NCBI GenBank assembly: GCA_963845245.1
Contig: CAWJRJ010000030.1
Coordinates: 1-64,000 of the forward strand
Direction: 5' to 3'
DNA from: Nitrospirota bacterium
GTDB taxonomy: Bacteria; Nitrospirota; JACRHJ01
Length of the DNA stretch: 64,000 bases
Every line of letters starts with the position of its first letter. The first letter of the stretch is position 1. The notes beneath the pieces are model-generated. The model saw only the letters and a program-made list of their open reading frames with translations. It was not told where the DNA came from and did no database searches. This document shows, piece after piece, positions 11,068 through 23,889 of the stretch. A program made the position numbers and the translations under genes.

Positions 11068-11576
11068 GCCTTTGGCGCAATAATCATCATAAGGGTACGG
11101 CCTTCCTGCTTGGGCATCTGCTCGATGTTCCCGGATTCGGCTATATCAGCCGCCACACGGTTCAGGAGAACTGCCCCAAGTTCGGTATGGGCCATCTCTC
11201 TTCCCCGGAAGACTACAGTCACCTTGACCTTGTTGCCTTCTCCAAGGAAGCGTTTAGCATGGTTCAGTTTGAAGTTGTAGTCGTGAACGTCGGTGCCGGG
11301 CCTCATCTTGACTTCCTTGAGCAGTATCACCTTCTGGTGTTTCTTGCTCTCGTGGGTCTTTTTGGCCTGTTCGTACTTGTACTTGCCGAAGTCCATTATC
11401 TTGCAAACCGGTGGTTCGGCCTGTGGGGCCACCTCCACCAGGTCAAGGCTCCGCTCCTCGGCGGCCCTCAAGGCCTCCTGTATCTGCAGGATCCCGAGCT
11501 GTTCCCCGTCATCTGCAATGACGCGTACCTCACGGACCCTTATCTCCCTGTTAACCCTTATAGTCGGTTTTGCTAT
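11064..11576 (-). CDS. infC: translation initiation factor IF-3, probable AUA start
   Basis: RVNREIRVREVRVI, DLVEVAP, PPVCKIMDFGKYKYE, KVKVTVVFRGRE; SD GGAGGTG is spaced to ATA at 11576. Confidence 0.95.
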   Translation of the reverse strand: MAKPTIRVNREIRVREVRVIADDGEQLGILQIQEALRAAEERSLDLVEVAPQAEPPVCKIMDFGKYKYEQAKKTHESKKHQKVILLKEVKMRPGTDVHDYNFKLNHAKRFLGEGNKVKVTVVFRGREMAHTELGAVLLNRVAADIAESGNIEQMPKQEGRTLMMIIAPKA

Positions 11577-11610
11577 GGCTACCACCTCCCTGTTAAAAAA
11601 CCGTTTGTAC

Positions 11611-13530
11611 CTAAATCGTTCTTTCTTTATCTTCTTTAACGATTTTAGCTATAACATCAGCCTTCGGCATCGGTCCCAGGTCTTTTCCATCCCTGAGCCT
11701 CACCGCAAGCGTTCCCGCCTCCATCTCTTTGTCCCCCACAACAAGTATATACGGCACCTTCTGGAGTGTCGCTTCCCTTATCTTGTAACCTATCTTCTCG
11801 TTCCTTGTATCCGCATCTACACGGATGCCTGCGGCGCGAAGCTCTTCAGCCGCCTTCAGCGCATAGTCATTGGCCCGGTCGGTGATTGTGCATATCACTG
11901 CCTGCACGGGCGAAAGCCAGGTCGGGAACGCGCCGGCGTAATGCTCGATCAGCACGCCGAAGAACCTCTCAAGCGAGCCCATAAGCGCACGGTGCACCAT
12001 TATAGGCTGGTGCGTATTGCCGTCATCGCCAATATATTCGAGCCCGAACCTCTCCGGCAGGTTGAAATCCACCTGTATGGTGGTGCACTGCCATGAGCGC
12101 CCGAGGACGTCCTTTATCTTTATGTCTATCTTCGGACCGTAGAAGACGCCCTCGCCTGGGTCGACTGAATATTCAAGCCCGCGCTTCTCTAGCGCGCCCT
12201 TCAGCGCGCCTGTAGCCCTGTCCCAGTTCTCCTGAGTCCCGACGGATTTCTCCGGCTGGGTAGAAAGGTAGATATCGTAGTCCGAAAACCCGAATGTGCG
12301 GAGCACAAACAGTGTGAAATCTAGTACCTTGAAAATCTCTTCTTCAAGCTGGTCGGGGCGGCAGAATATGTGCGCATCGTCCTGCGTGAAGCCCCTAACG
12401 CGCATAAGACCGTGGAGTGCGCCTGAGCGCTCATAGCGGTAGACGGTTCCAAGCTCGGCCCAGCGTATCGGCAACTCGCGGTAGCTCCTCATGCGCGTCT
12501 TGTATATCGTAATGTGGAACGGGCAGTTCATGGGCTTAAGCTCGTATTCGAGCTCGTCGATCACCATCGGGGCATACATGCTCTCCCGGTAGAAGTCCCA
12601 GTGGCCGCTCTGCTTCCACATTTCAAGCTTCGCGATGTGCGGGGTATACACGAGTTCATACCCGCCCTTTATATGCTCGGACTTCCAGAAGTCCTCTATA
12701 ACGCGCCTGACGACGGCCCCTTTCGGATGCCACAGGATAAGGCCCGCGCCGGTCGCATCCTCGCTTGAGAAAAGTTCCAGGTCCTTCCCAATCTTCCTGT
12801 GGTCGCGCCTCTTTATCTCTTCAAGCTTGTCCAGGTATTCCGTCAGCTGTTCTTTAGTGGCCCAGGAAGTCCCGTATATCCTCTGGAGCATCTGGTTCTT
12901 CTCGTCGCCGCGCCAGTATGCGCCGGACGAGTTCAAAAGCTTGTACGCCTTTATATAGCCGGTGGAAGGTACGTGTGGACCGCGGCAGAGGTCGATAAAA
13001 CCGCCCTGGTCGTAGAGCGACACGGCAGTCTCTTCAAGCCCGTTTATTATCTCCACCTTGTAGGTTTCGCCCATTTTGTCGAAGAAGCTTACCGCCTCAT
13101 CCTTCGTCATCTCGCTGCGCACGAAAGGCCTGTTGGCTTTGATTATCTCGGCCATCTTCTTCTCGATCTTCTCCAGGTCCTCAGGCATGAACCCCGCAGG
13201 GCTGTCGAAGTCATAATAGAAACCGTCTTCAATCGACGGGCCGATGGTCACCTTTACGTCAGGGAAGACCTCTTTCACGGCCTGAGCCATTATATGGGAA
13301 GTGCTGTGGCGGTATATCTCCTTGCCCTCTGGCGAGTCGAACGTGATTATCTTAACGTCCGAGTCCGCATCGAGCTGGGTCGAGAGGTCGCACAGCCTGC
13401 CGTTCACTATACCGGCCAGGGCCGCCTTTGCAAGCCCCTTGCCAATCGAGGCCGCAAGCCCTATAACCGTGGTGCCCTTGTCGAGTTCGCGTTTGCTTCC
13501 GTCAGGAAGCGTTACCGTTATCTTTTCCAA
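11611..13530 (-). CDS. thrS: threonyl-tRNA synthetase
   Basis: TGS domain, [49 protein letters not shown]. Confidence 0.97.
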   Translation of the reverse strand: MEKITVTLPDGSKRELDKGTTVIGLAASIGKGLAKAALAGIVNGRLCDLSTQLDADSDVKIITFDSPEGKEIYRHSTSHIMAQAVKEVFPDVKVTIGPSIEDGFYYDFDSPAGFMPEDLEKIEKKMAEIIKANRPFVRSEMTKDEAVSFFDKMGETYKVEIINGLEETAVSLYDQGGFIDLCRGPHVPSTGYIKAYKLLNSSGAYWRGDEKNQMLQRIYGTSWATKEQLTEYLDKLEEIKRRDHRKIGKDLELFSSEDATGAGLILWHPKGAVVRRVIEDFWKSEHIKGGYELVYTPHIAKLEMWKQSGHWDFYRESMYAPMVIDELEYELKPMNCPFHITIYKTRMRSYRELPIRWAELGTVYRYERSGALHGLMRVRGFTQDDAHIFCRPDQLEEEIFKVLDFTLFVLRTFGFSDYDIYLSTQPEKSVGTQENWDRATGALKGALEKRGLEYSVDPGEGVFYGPKIDIKIKDVLGRSWQCTTIQVDFNLPERFGLEYIGDDGNTHQPIMVHRALMGSLERFFGVLIEHYAGAFPTWLSPVQAVICTITDRANDYALKAAEELRAAGIRVDADTRNEKIGYKIREATLQKVPYILVVGDKEMEAGTLAVRLRDGKDLGPMPKADVIAKIVKEDKERTI

Positions 13531-13720
13531 TTGTCTACCGTATCCCCCGGCATATCCCCGGATTAATAATTTAAAGACCGCAAAATACAAAGGGCATCAA
13601 CAAAGGTTTCGCCTTTTGATGATGCCCCAGATAAAAGCAATGCGTGTTACAACTGAAGGATACCCCAGGTTGCCAAAACAAAAGCGCGGCATAATAATGC
13701 CCCGCGCCGACCTATAATGA

Positions 13721-13749
13721 TTTATATCAATATATAAAGGAGTTGTCAA
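13721..13749 (-). promoter_or_regulatory. sigma70 promoter upstream of thrS
   Basis: TTGACA-17 nt-TATAAA with TG extension. Confidence 0.6.
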
Positions 13750-13824
13750 GCAAATATTAGAAAAGGCTGGGGAATCCGCAAAGGGCATTCCGGATGGCCA
13801 GCTTTTGAAACTTCCGGGATTTAA

Positions 13825-13899
13825 TGGTAGGCACGGTCGGTTTCGAACCGACGACCTCTACCGTGTCAAGGTAGCGCTCTCCCCCTGAGCTACGCGCCT
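13825..13899 (-). tRNA. tRNA-Val(GAC)
   Basis: AGGCGCGTAGCTCAG...CTACC-TTGACAC-GGTAG...GGTTCGAAACC...GTGCCTACCA cloverleaf with CCA; TTGACA-17-TAGAAT promoter upstream. Confidence 0.96.
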
Positions 13900-13960
13900 A
13901 CAAGCCAGTTGTTGCAGGTGGTGATTCTAAAAGTTTGTTCAGTGTTTGTCAAGAAAAAAT

Positions 13961-13993
13961 AAAAAAAGGGACACCGTTTCCGGTATCCCTTTT
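13961..13993 (-). terminator. intrinsic terminator of hup
   Basis: AAAAGGGACACCG-tttc-CGGTATCCCTTTT hairpin followed by a U tract on the minus strand. Confidence 0.65.
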
Positions 13994-14011
13994 AAAAGAA
14001 AAAGTCCGGAA

Positions 14012-14284
14012 TTACTTTACCGCGTCCTTCAAGCCCTTGCCAGCGGTGAACTTGGGTACCTTGGCGGCGGCGATCTTTATTGCCTCACCGGTCTTGGGGT
14101 TCCTGCCCTTTCTCGCTTTTCTCTTCGTAATGGAGAAAGTGCCAAATCCTACCAGTGAAACTTTGTTGCCCTTCTTAAGTGTGGCCTTTACGCCGTCCAT
14201 AAGAGCTGTCAGGGCCTTGCCTGCCGCAACCTTGCTTATGTCTGCGGATTCTGCCATCTTGTCGATTAACTCACTCTTAGTCAA
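14012..14284 (-). CDS. hup: HU DNA-binding protein
   Basis: MTKSELID...VSLVGFGTF...[11 protein letters not shown]...[13 protein letters not shown]. Confidence 0.95.
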   Translation of the reverse strand: MTKSELIDKMAESADISKVAAGKALTALMDGVKATLKKGNKVSLVGFGTFSITKRKARKGRNPKTGEAIKIAAAKVPKFTAGKGLKDAVK

Positions 14285-14363
14285 TGTCTATTCCTCCTTT
14301 CTATTATAAATCAAATTGCCTGCTACGTCCCGTCATTGTTGCTTTTGTGTAAGCAAGTATCTC

Positions 14364-15821
<1,458 letters not shown>

Positions 15822-15860
15822 TATTACCCTTATTATTACCTGTTATCGGAGTTATTACCC

Positions 15861-15892
15861 AATTGTAGGGGCCGACCGTCGTGTCGGCCCTT
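15861..15892 (+). repeat. GTAG-type REP palindrome, copy 1
   Basis: AATT-GTAG-GGGCCGAC-cgtcgt-GTCGGCCC-TT. Confidence 0.85.
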
Positions 15893-16117
15893 CTTTAATA
15901 TTATCTTCATCCTCATCCCAATTTACCGGGTTGTCCATTATGTATTTTCTGAGGATGTTGAGTTCTTCTTCACTTCTTATTATCCTGTCGTGGAAACCTC
16001 TTTGCCAAAGCTTACCCATCAATGGCTGCCAACCGGCTTGCTTTACCCCGATAAGATATGAATTTGTGGTCATCGCCTTGAACCATTGTAGCACACGCGA
16101 CAAATCCGGGTTATTAT

Positions 16118-16149
16118 AAGGGCCGACACGACGGTCGGCCCCTACAATT
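16118..16149 (-). repeat. GTAG-type REP palindrome, copy 2 (exact inverted copy of copy 1)
   Basis: AAGGGCCGACACGACGGTCGGCCCCTACAATT is the 32/32 reverse complement of 15861..15892. Confidence 0.85.
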
Positions 16150-16789
16150 TGGAGGATGCCGTGAACATGGTTCGGCATCACGATAAATTCTCCGATGGTA
16201 AACCGTGATTCCTCTCCGGTGCTAAATTCCAGATGTTGTATACCATTTCCACAGCCGCATTATTCTCAAAATAATTGACTCGCCTGTGTGTGCAAATGGT
16301 TATGAAATACATGCCCTCAAGGGAATAATCGTACCCCTCCAGGCGCATCCTCTTCCTCGGTTCTCTAAGCGGAGATATTTATCAACCATATCGTAAGGGC
16401 ATCGAGTCGGCCTAATTGCTCTGTCGACTGAGATCGATGTCCCGGGTAACTTTTACTATTTGATTTTCATACAGGTCTAATTATCTTATACAGTTGCCCC
16501 TGTTAGAAATAATAAACAAGGTAAACCAATTGAGATATTTAGCCCAACAAAATCATACCTTCTGGTTTTACGAAAGGCCGAATAAAATACTTTCCGGATC
16601 AACAAAACGAAACCACTTGGTGATGATGCAATCAATCCACCACCAAGAAATAGAATTCGGCGATGTGATCTCGAAGCAATTCGAATCGGTCATATTAATC
16701 TCATTTCGACAACAAGGCATGTAAATGTATACTCAGAATACCCATCATATATCAATCTTTGATCAAACCCAGTAACTTCACCAGGAATG

Positions 16790-17340
16790 CAGGGAAATGG
16801 GCCAACAGGAGTTGAAGGCCAACGCACGAGTCTCAAGCCCCGTCCTGGCCACCTGGTCAGATATGACCAAGGTCCTGTGGATAGAAACGGGTCTACATCG
16901 TCAGAGTCTGACTGGTACACCAAGAAGGTCGAAGGTTATAGCCGGCTTAGAATTGCAAGTCGACTGGCTACGGGCTTGACATGGCGGAAACCAGCAGTTC
17001 GGACGCGCAAGGGACAAGGGCCTGCACCTCATGTCCGACAACGGCTGCCAGCCACGTCCATAAGCTTCATGGTGTCAGCCGCCGGCGTAACCAAGCACTT
17101 TACGAGCTACGGCATACCCCGGCAAGCTGCAGAGCGATTCACGCGTACCATGAAGGAAGAATGCCTTGGCTCCTGGACGAGCTAAATGAACCAAGACCTG
17201 GAATACTAGGATCGAATATCATAACGGGCAGTACCTGCACTCAGCCCTGGGCATACAAGCATACCGCAGTCAATGTGAAATCCGAGTTCCACGAGACCAC
17301 GACACATCTCTTTTGCAGCTTGACAGACGGGGGTCATTAA
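16790..17340 (+). pseudogene. degraded IS3-family (rve integrase) transposase remnant
   Basis: Fragments across frames: SDMTKVL, DWYTKKVEGY, LMSDNGCQP, FTSY, ERFTRTMKEECL, YLHSALG; ends in GGGGGTCATTA resembling an IS3 right end. Confidence 0.8.
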
Positions 17341-17572
17341 AAATCCTTTTATCCATTCCATGTATAGAAGGATAATACTAAGTTTATATTGTCAACCCTT
17401 TTCTGCCCATTTTTTAGGCAAATCCAAAACCCTCAAATATTTCCGTAATTACGCCGACTTCCGCCTCTTTAACCTTGAAACAAATCGCCCAATATGTTAA
17501 TTTAAACTGTTTGATTAATAGAGATTTTAAATATCCCGCTAACCATGCGGATTCCGGAGGCTTTTTACGATA

Positions 17573-20068
17573 ATGGAAGACAGATACAACCCAAAGGCGA
17601 TAGAGGCCAAGTGGCAGAAACGCTGGGAGGAGACCCAGGCGTTCAAGGTGACGGAAGACCCGAATAAGCAAAAGTACTACGTCCTTGAGATGTTCCCCTA
17701 CCCGTCCGGCCGCATACACATGGGCCATGTGCGAAACTACTCCATCGGCGACGTCGTCGCCCGGTACAAGCGTATGCGCGGCTTCAACGTCCTGCACCCG
17801 ATGGGCTGGGACTCGTTCGGACTGCCCGCCGAGAACGCGGCGATAAAGCACAACATCCACCCGAACAAGTGGACGCTTGAGAACATAGCCTACATGCGCG
17901 GCGAGCTGAAGCAGATGGGCCTTTCCTACGACTGGTCGCGCGAGGTGGCCACCTGCCTGCCGGAATACTACCGCTGGAACCAGGTGTTCTTCGTCCGGAT
18001 GCTTGAGAAGGGCCTGGCCTACAAGAAGAAGTCTTTCGTGAACTGGTGCGAGTCCTGCAACACCGTGCTTGCGAACGAGCAGGTGGAGGACGGCAAATGC
18101 TGGCGCTGCGACTCCGAGGTGATGCAGAAGGAGCTTGAGCAGTGGTTCTTCAAGATAACCGCGTATGCAGAGGAACTCCTCGAATGTCTGGACAACCTGC
18201 CCGGCTGGCCCGAGCGCGTGCTCACGATGCAGAAGAACTGGATAGGCAAGTCCATCGGCTGCGAGATAGACTTTAAGGTCAAGGACGTGGCGGGCCTTGA
18301 CAAGATTACGGTGTTCACCACACGTCCCGATACGCTCTACGGCGCGACCTTCATGTCCATAGCCCCCGAGAGCCCGGTCGTGCAGAAGCTCATCGCTGGC
18401 CGGCCGCAGGAGGCCGAGGTACGGGCGTTCATAGAGAAGGTGCAGCGCGAGAGCAAGATAGAGCGCACAGCAGAGACAGGCGTAGAAGGAAGGCGTGTTC
18501 ACCGGCGCATATGCAGTCAACCCCGTGACCGGCGCAGAGATACCGATCTGGGCCGCGAACTTCGTACTTGGCGGAGTACGGCACAGGCGCGGTGATGGCT
18601 GTCCCGGCGCACGACCAGCGCGACTTCGAGTTTGCGAAGAAATACGGCATGCCCATCAAGGTGGTAATCAACCCGGCGGGTGAGACTATTTCGGCCGACG
18701 CGATGGAAGCGGCATACGTGGACGAGGGCGTGATGTCCGACTCCGGCGAGTTCAACGGCACGCCGAACGTGGAAGGCAAGCTGAAGGTCGCCGAATATCT
18801 TGAATCGAAGGGACAGGGCAAGAAGACTGTCAATTATCGCCTCAGGGACTGGGGCATATCGCGCCAGCGCTACTGGGGCACGCCCATCCCGATCATATAC
18901 TGCGACAAATGCGGCACCGTGCCGGTGCCCGAAGACAGACTTCCGATTCTGCTTCCGACGGACGTCACGTTCACCGGACAGGGTTCGTCCCCGCTTACCA
19001 CTTCGCCGGAGTTCACTTCGGTGAAGTGCCCGAAATGCGGCGGCGATGCCAGGCGCGAGATGGACACGATGGACACGTTCGTGGACTCGTCATGGTACTT
19101 CCTGCGCTACTGCGGCCGGGACGACAACACTCCGTTCAAGAAGGAGAACGCCGACTACTGGATGCCAAAAGGCGGCGGTGTCGACCAGTACATCGGCGGC
19201 ATAGAGCACGCCGTGCTCCACCTGCTGTACGCCCGTTTCTTCACGAAGGTCCTGCGCGACATGGGCCTCACCTCCGCGGACGAGCCGTTCAAGAACCTGC
19301 TCACGCAAGGCATGGTCATAAAGGACGGGGCGAAGATGTCGAAGTCCAAGGGCAACGTGGTGGACCCGGACAAGCTGATAAACGAGTACGGCGCGGACAC
19401 CGCGCGGATGTTCTCGCTGTTCGCCTCACCTCCCGAGCGCGACCTCGAATGGTCCGACCAGGGCGTTGACGGCTCTTTCCGGTTCCTGTCGCGCATATGG
19501 CGGCTGGTATACGAAAATTTCGGCACTCTTACTTCCAGGGCAACTGCGCCCGAAGGCGAGGCTTCGGCTGACGTAAAGGCGCTCCGCCGCGCCACGCACA
19601 AGACGATAAAGAAGGTTACCGAAGATATAGACGAGAGGTTCCATTTCAATACGGTGATAGCCTCCTGCATGGAGCTTGTAAACGCGCTGTACCAGTTCAA
19701 CGTGATGAAGGACGACCCGCATTCCTTGCACGCCTTCAGGGAGGCGGTAAATACGGTCGTGCTCCTTCTTGCGCCTTTCGCACCCCATATATGCGCAGAG
19801 CTGTGGGAGTCTCTGGGACATAAAGACACCCTTGAGAACCACCCGTGGCCGGAGTTCGATCCCGGAGCTTATCAAGGCCGACGAGATGCTCATAGTCCTC
19901 CAGGTGAACGGCAAGGTGCGCGAGAAGATAACGGTACCCGCCGACGCAACGGAGGATTATGTTAAGGAGTACGCGCTCAAGCAGGACAAGGTAATACAGT
20001 TCATCGAGGGCAAGACCCCTAAAAAGGTGATATACGTGCCGTCCAAACTTATAAACATAGTGGTCTGA
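17573..20068 (+). CDS. leuS: leucyl-tRNA synthetase; frameshifts near 18480, 18570 and 19862
   Basis: [46 protein letters not shown]. Confidence 0.96.
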
Positions 20069-20070
20069 AA

Positions 20071-20604
20071 ATGAGAAAAATCATCCCGGCTATAGCTATA
20101 CTGTTACTGATGCTGAACGCATGCGGCTACACTATCTCCAGGACCGGAAGCCGGTCAGGCCCGCCGTTCGGGGCATCGAAGGTGGCTGTCCCGCTCTTCG
20201 TGAACGACACGTTCGAGCCTCTGGTGGAAAAAGACGTCACGGCAGCCCTGCAGGAGGAGCTGGCCGCAGACGGAAGATGGGCGCTTGTGGATAGAAACAA
20301 CGCAGACGTAGTCGTTGTCGGGCGCGTAACGCAAGTGAACCGCACCCCCCTCTCCTATGATGCAAAGGAGAGGATAATGGAATACAGATTAACGATAAAA
20401 TCCGAGATAAAGGTACTCGACAAGGCTGAAAAGGTGCTATGGAAAGACACCATAGATACTTATGCCGACTACAGGGTTACCGAAGACGTGACAAAGAGTA
20501 AGATACGGCATGAAGAGGCAGTCAGGAAGGCGAGCAAGAACATGGCCGAAGAGTTCATAATAAAGGTGCTGGATACATCAAATGCCAACCCTCAAAACAA
20601 CTGA
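20071..20604 (+). CDS. lptE: LPS assembly lipoprotein LptE
   Basis: Lipobox LNACGY, FVNDTFEP; conserved leuS-lptE-holA order. Confidence 0.85.
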   Translation: MRKIIPAIAILLLMLNACGYTISRTGSRSGPPFGASKVAVPLFVNDTFEPLVEKDVTAALQEELAADGRWALVDRNNADVVVVGRVTQVNRTPLSYDAKERIMEYRLTIKSEIKVLDKAEKVLWKDTIDTYADYRVTEDVTKSKIRHEEAVRKASKNMAEEFIIKVLDTSNANPQNN

Positions 20605-21592
20605 GTTTTTCAACCATATAAGGACGGAACCTCTGGCCGCCGCATATCTCTTGACGGGCGAGGAGGGTTATTTCATTGACAGGGCGCTGGCCCGCATCAT
20701 GGAAAAGGGCCTCGCAGGCGCCCCGCGCGACTTCAACCTCGATATGTTCTACGGAAAAGACACTAAGGCCGATACGGTCGCATCGCAGGCATGCACTCTG
20801 CCGGTAATGGCGGACAAAAGGGTGGTGGTCCTCAAGGAAGCGGACAAGATCAAGGACATTGAGCCAATAAAAGCTTACATGGAGTCTCCCTCGGCCACCA
20901 CAGTCCTCGTTCTGGTGGCCGATAACGCCGACAGGGCAAAGGAGCGTACGCTTACCCAGGCCGTAACGGGAAACGGCGTGGCGGTACACTTCTACCACCC
21001 GTTCGAATCTGAGATTCCCCGCTTAATAAATACGATTGTAAAAGAAGCCGGATACGACATCGACCCGGCCGCCTCGGTCTGCCTTAAGGAGATGCTGGGA
21101 GGCAATATCGCATTGATCGAAGCCGAGTTGAACAAGGTCTTTCAGTTTGCGGGCAACAATAAGAATATTACGGTCGAGGACATCAACGAGTCCGTCGGCG
21201 ACTTCGGACTGCCGCTGGTATTCGACCTGATAGACGCGATTGCGGATAAAAAACGCGGGAAGGCTCTCGATACATTGGCAAGGCTTCTTCGGGAAGGAGA
21301 ACAACCGCTTATGCTTCTCGGCATGCTGGCAGGCCACTGGAGGAGACTCCTTGCGGCCAGGGAACAGCTGACGAACGGCGACGGGCCAGAGAAGATAGCG
21401 AAGGACTACAAGCTTAATTTCAACAACAAAAAAGCATTCCTCGGGCAGGTTTCATCCCTTACCGAAAACGAGCTTGAAAGGGCCTTTCGCCTGTTTCACG
21501 GTGCAGACAAGGCGCTCAAGAGTTCTTCCGTCGCGCCCCGGTTGGTTTTCGAGAACCTTCTGCTGGAATTGACTGCCGGAGGAAAGGCATGA
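20582..21592 (+). CDS. holA: DNA polymerase III delta subunit
   Basis: YLLTGEEGYF, TLPVMADKRVVVLKEA, ELNK, VFDLIDAI, DKALKSS. Confidence 0.92.
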   Translation: MPTLKTTEFFNHIRTEPLAAAYLLTGEEGYFIDRALARIMEKGLAGAPRDFNLDMFYGKDTKADTVASQACTLPVMADKRVVVLKEADKIKDIEPIKAYMESPSATTVLVLVADNADRAKERTLTQAVTGNGVAVHFYHPFESEIPRLINTIVKEAGYDIDPAASVCLKEMLGGNIALIEAELNKVFQFAGNNKNITVEDINESVGDFGLPLVFDLIDAIADKKRGKALDTLARLLREGEQPLMLLGMLAGHWRRLLAAREQLTNGDGPEKIAKDYKLNFNNKKAFLGQVSSLTENELERAFRLFHGADKALKSSSVAPRLVFENLLLELTAGGKA

Positions 21593-21600
21593 AGTCCGAA

Positions 21601-21635
21601 AAAAAGGGGAAAAGAGGGGGGTTTGGCCCCCTCTT
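21601..21635. terminator. terminator hairpin between convergent holA and rpsT
   Basis: AAGAGGGGG-gtttgg-CCCCCTCTT with flanking A tract. Confidence 0.55.
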
Positions 21636-21900
21636 AGACGGTTGCGGCCTTGTTGAGCTTCTTGGTAAGGCGCGATATGCTGCGGGCGGCGGTGTTCTTG
21701 TGGATTATGCCACGGGAAGCCGCCTTTGCTATCGTCGGGACGGCATCTGCAAGGACGGCCTTCGCCTCTGCGGAGTCCTTAACGACGGCAGCGTTGAACT
21801 TCTTTACGATAGACCTGAGCGCAGCCTTGGCGGTGCGGTTTCTTTCCCTTCTCTTAAGGGACTGCTTGATCCTCTTGAGCGCTGACTTATGATTGGCCAA
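21634..21900 (-). CDS. rpsT: 30S ribosomal protein S20 (UUG start)
   Basis: ANHKSALKRIKQS...IHKNTAARSISRL; GGAGG SD before TTG. Confidence 0.95.
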   Translation of the reverse strand: MANHKSALKRIKQSLKRRERNRTAKAALRSIVKKFNAAVVKDSAEAKAVLADAVPTIAKAASRGIIHKNTAARSISRLTKKLNKAATV

Positions 21901-21973
21901 CTGTACTACCTCCTTGTGGTAAGTGAAGGTTACTTTTTTAACATAATACACCGGGGCAAGTCAAGAAATATTT

Positions 21974-23885
21974 ATGGAAACGAATAAACGCGTCAGCCTC
22001 AAGACAAAGATTTTTCTGGTTTTGCTAGTTTCAAACCTGTCGGTAATCCTTATTGTCGGGTGCATCTCATATATTTCCAAAAGGAATGCGCTAAAAGAAC
22101 AGGTGGAAGATAGCCTTTCCATTATGTCCGAGGAGCTTGCAGACAAGATCGACAGGTATCTTGACCAGCGCCTTGCCGATACCAGGGCAATAGCGCTGCA
22201 TTATTCACTCCACGGGCTAAAATCAACGACCAGCAACCAGAACAAGATACTCGCCCAATACCTCAGGATATACCCATTTTATGACCATATCAGTATAATA
22301 AACACGGAAGATATAAAAATACCGAGCTATACAGAACAGACTGCGGAAAAAAAGAACATATGGTACCTACCTGCACTTAAGGGACGCATAACCTCCTCGG
22401 ACATGTACATATCCCCCCTTACCGATGAGCCTACCATGTCTTTTGCAGCCCCGGTAACGGACGAAAACGGCAGGGTGGTCAGCATAATCACCACAAACCT
22501 CCGGCTCGACTATTTATGGGAGATGGTCAACCACGTACATGCCGAGAATGTAAAAAAGAAACTCTCAAGCTACGCCTTCCTTATAAACAGGGACGGCTAC
22601 ATAATAGCCCATCCTAATAAAGAAAAAATCCTAAAAGAAAACCCTTTAAAAGACGGAAAAGATGCACGGCTTCGGGACATGATATCCCAGATGACGGAAG
22701 GACGAGCAGGGACCGCCAGCTATGAATACGAGGGTATAACCAAGGTCGCCGCATATGCCCCTAGTGTGGGTTATGGCCAGTACAAGGGCCACGGGTGGTC
22801 AGTTGGAGTTACAGAACCCTATTCAGAGCTGTTCGCTCCCATGAACAGGCTTCTGACGATTTATATCCTAATGTTCATCCTGACGTTCATCGCAGCTATG
22901 TATGCGTCCAGCCGGCTTGCAGTTTACCTCGTCAGACCGATCCTTGCACTGAAAGAGGCGGCAGCCAGGGTTGGCGCAGGGAATTTTACTCTTCGTATAG
23001 AGCGGGCCGCCGAAGACGAAATCGGTGACCTGGCCGTATCGTTCAACAACATGGCGGAGACCCTCGAGACCAGAGACAACCAGATAAAAGAATACACCCG
23101 GACGTTGACCCGGATAAACCGGGAACTTGGTGTCAAGCAGGAAGAACTGTCTCTTGCCAACCAAAACCTGAAGGTGACCAACGATGAACTGGTCAAACTT
23201 GAGAAACAAAAAGACGAGTTTATGGCGATGATCACCCATGACATAAAGTCTCCTCTCTCCACCGTCATATCATACTCTGAGATGATAATGGACGGCACGA
23301 TTACTCCGGGAGGAGACGAAGCAGAGAAAGGCTATCTCGAGCATTCAGGCTAGCGGTTACAAGATATTGTCGCTTGTTGACAATTACCTTGTCTCCGCCG
23401 CAATCGAAGCGAAGAAGCTCTCGATATCCAAACAACCGCTCGACATCAACCTGTTCGTGGAAGAGGAGATACCTTTCTTCGAACCGCAAATGGATAAGAA
23501 AAAGATAAAGTTCGCTTTCAACAAGACCGCTGATATCCCGAGGGTCATGGCCGACAGGATACAGCTCGACCGTGCGTTCTCGAATATAATGTCGAACGCC
23601 CTCAAATTCACCCCGGCCAATTCAGGGATAACCGTCAGTACACAGTTGTTCGAAAAAGAGGTTGCAATCGCCGTGTCCGATACGGGTGGCGGCATCTCTG
23701 AAGATGAAATAGACGGCCTTTTCAACAAATACAGGCGGTCAAAGAATACCTCCAAAATAGAAGGCATGGGGCTGGGGTTGTTTATATCCAAGGCCATTGC
23801 AGAGGCACATGGAGGCAGACTGACCGCGGAAAGCAGACTTGGTGAAGGCAGTACTTTCACTATATACCTGCCGCTCCAGGGATAA
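21974..23885 (+). CDS. membrane sensor histidine kinase (dCache-HAMP-HisKA-HATPase); frameshift near 23330
   Basis: Two TM helices, FAAPV...YAFLIN...IAHP Cache features, DEIGDLAVSFNNM HAMP, THDIKSPL H-box, NALKFT, DTGGGI, GMGLGL. Confidence 0.9.
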
Positions 23886-23889
23886 TATA

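Larger units (their letters stand above)
15855..16389 (-). mobile_element. REP-associated tyrosine transposase (RAYT, Y1 HUH), frameshifted near 16200; start approximate
   Basis: RKRMRLEGYDYS...YFITICT, VMPNHVHGIL (HUH motif), WFKAMTT, LWQRGFHDRIIR, YIMDNP. Confidence 0.85.

Noticed and set aside
13640..13660. TTGTAA in the thrS leader as a tRNA-Thr anticodon mimic like the E. coli thrS operator
   Set aside because: No supporting stem flanks the putative loop, and it lies more than 100 nt from the start codon.
15861..16149. 32-bp repeats as a CRISPR array or terminal inverted repeats of an IS
   Set aside because: Only two copies, inverted and internal to a HUH transposase CDS, with a GTAG-palindrome structure; no spacers, cas genes or target-site duplication.
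16430..16790. AT-rich stretch with short ORFs (16494..16724, 16690..16923) as genes
   Set aside because: No recognisable motif or RBS; probably debris of a gene disrupted by the IS3 remnant.
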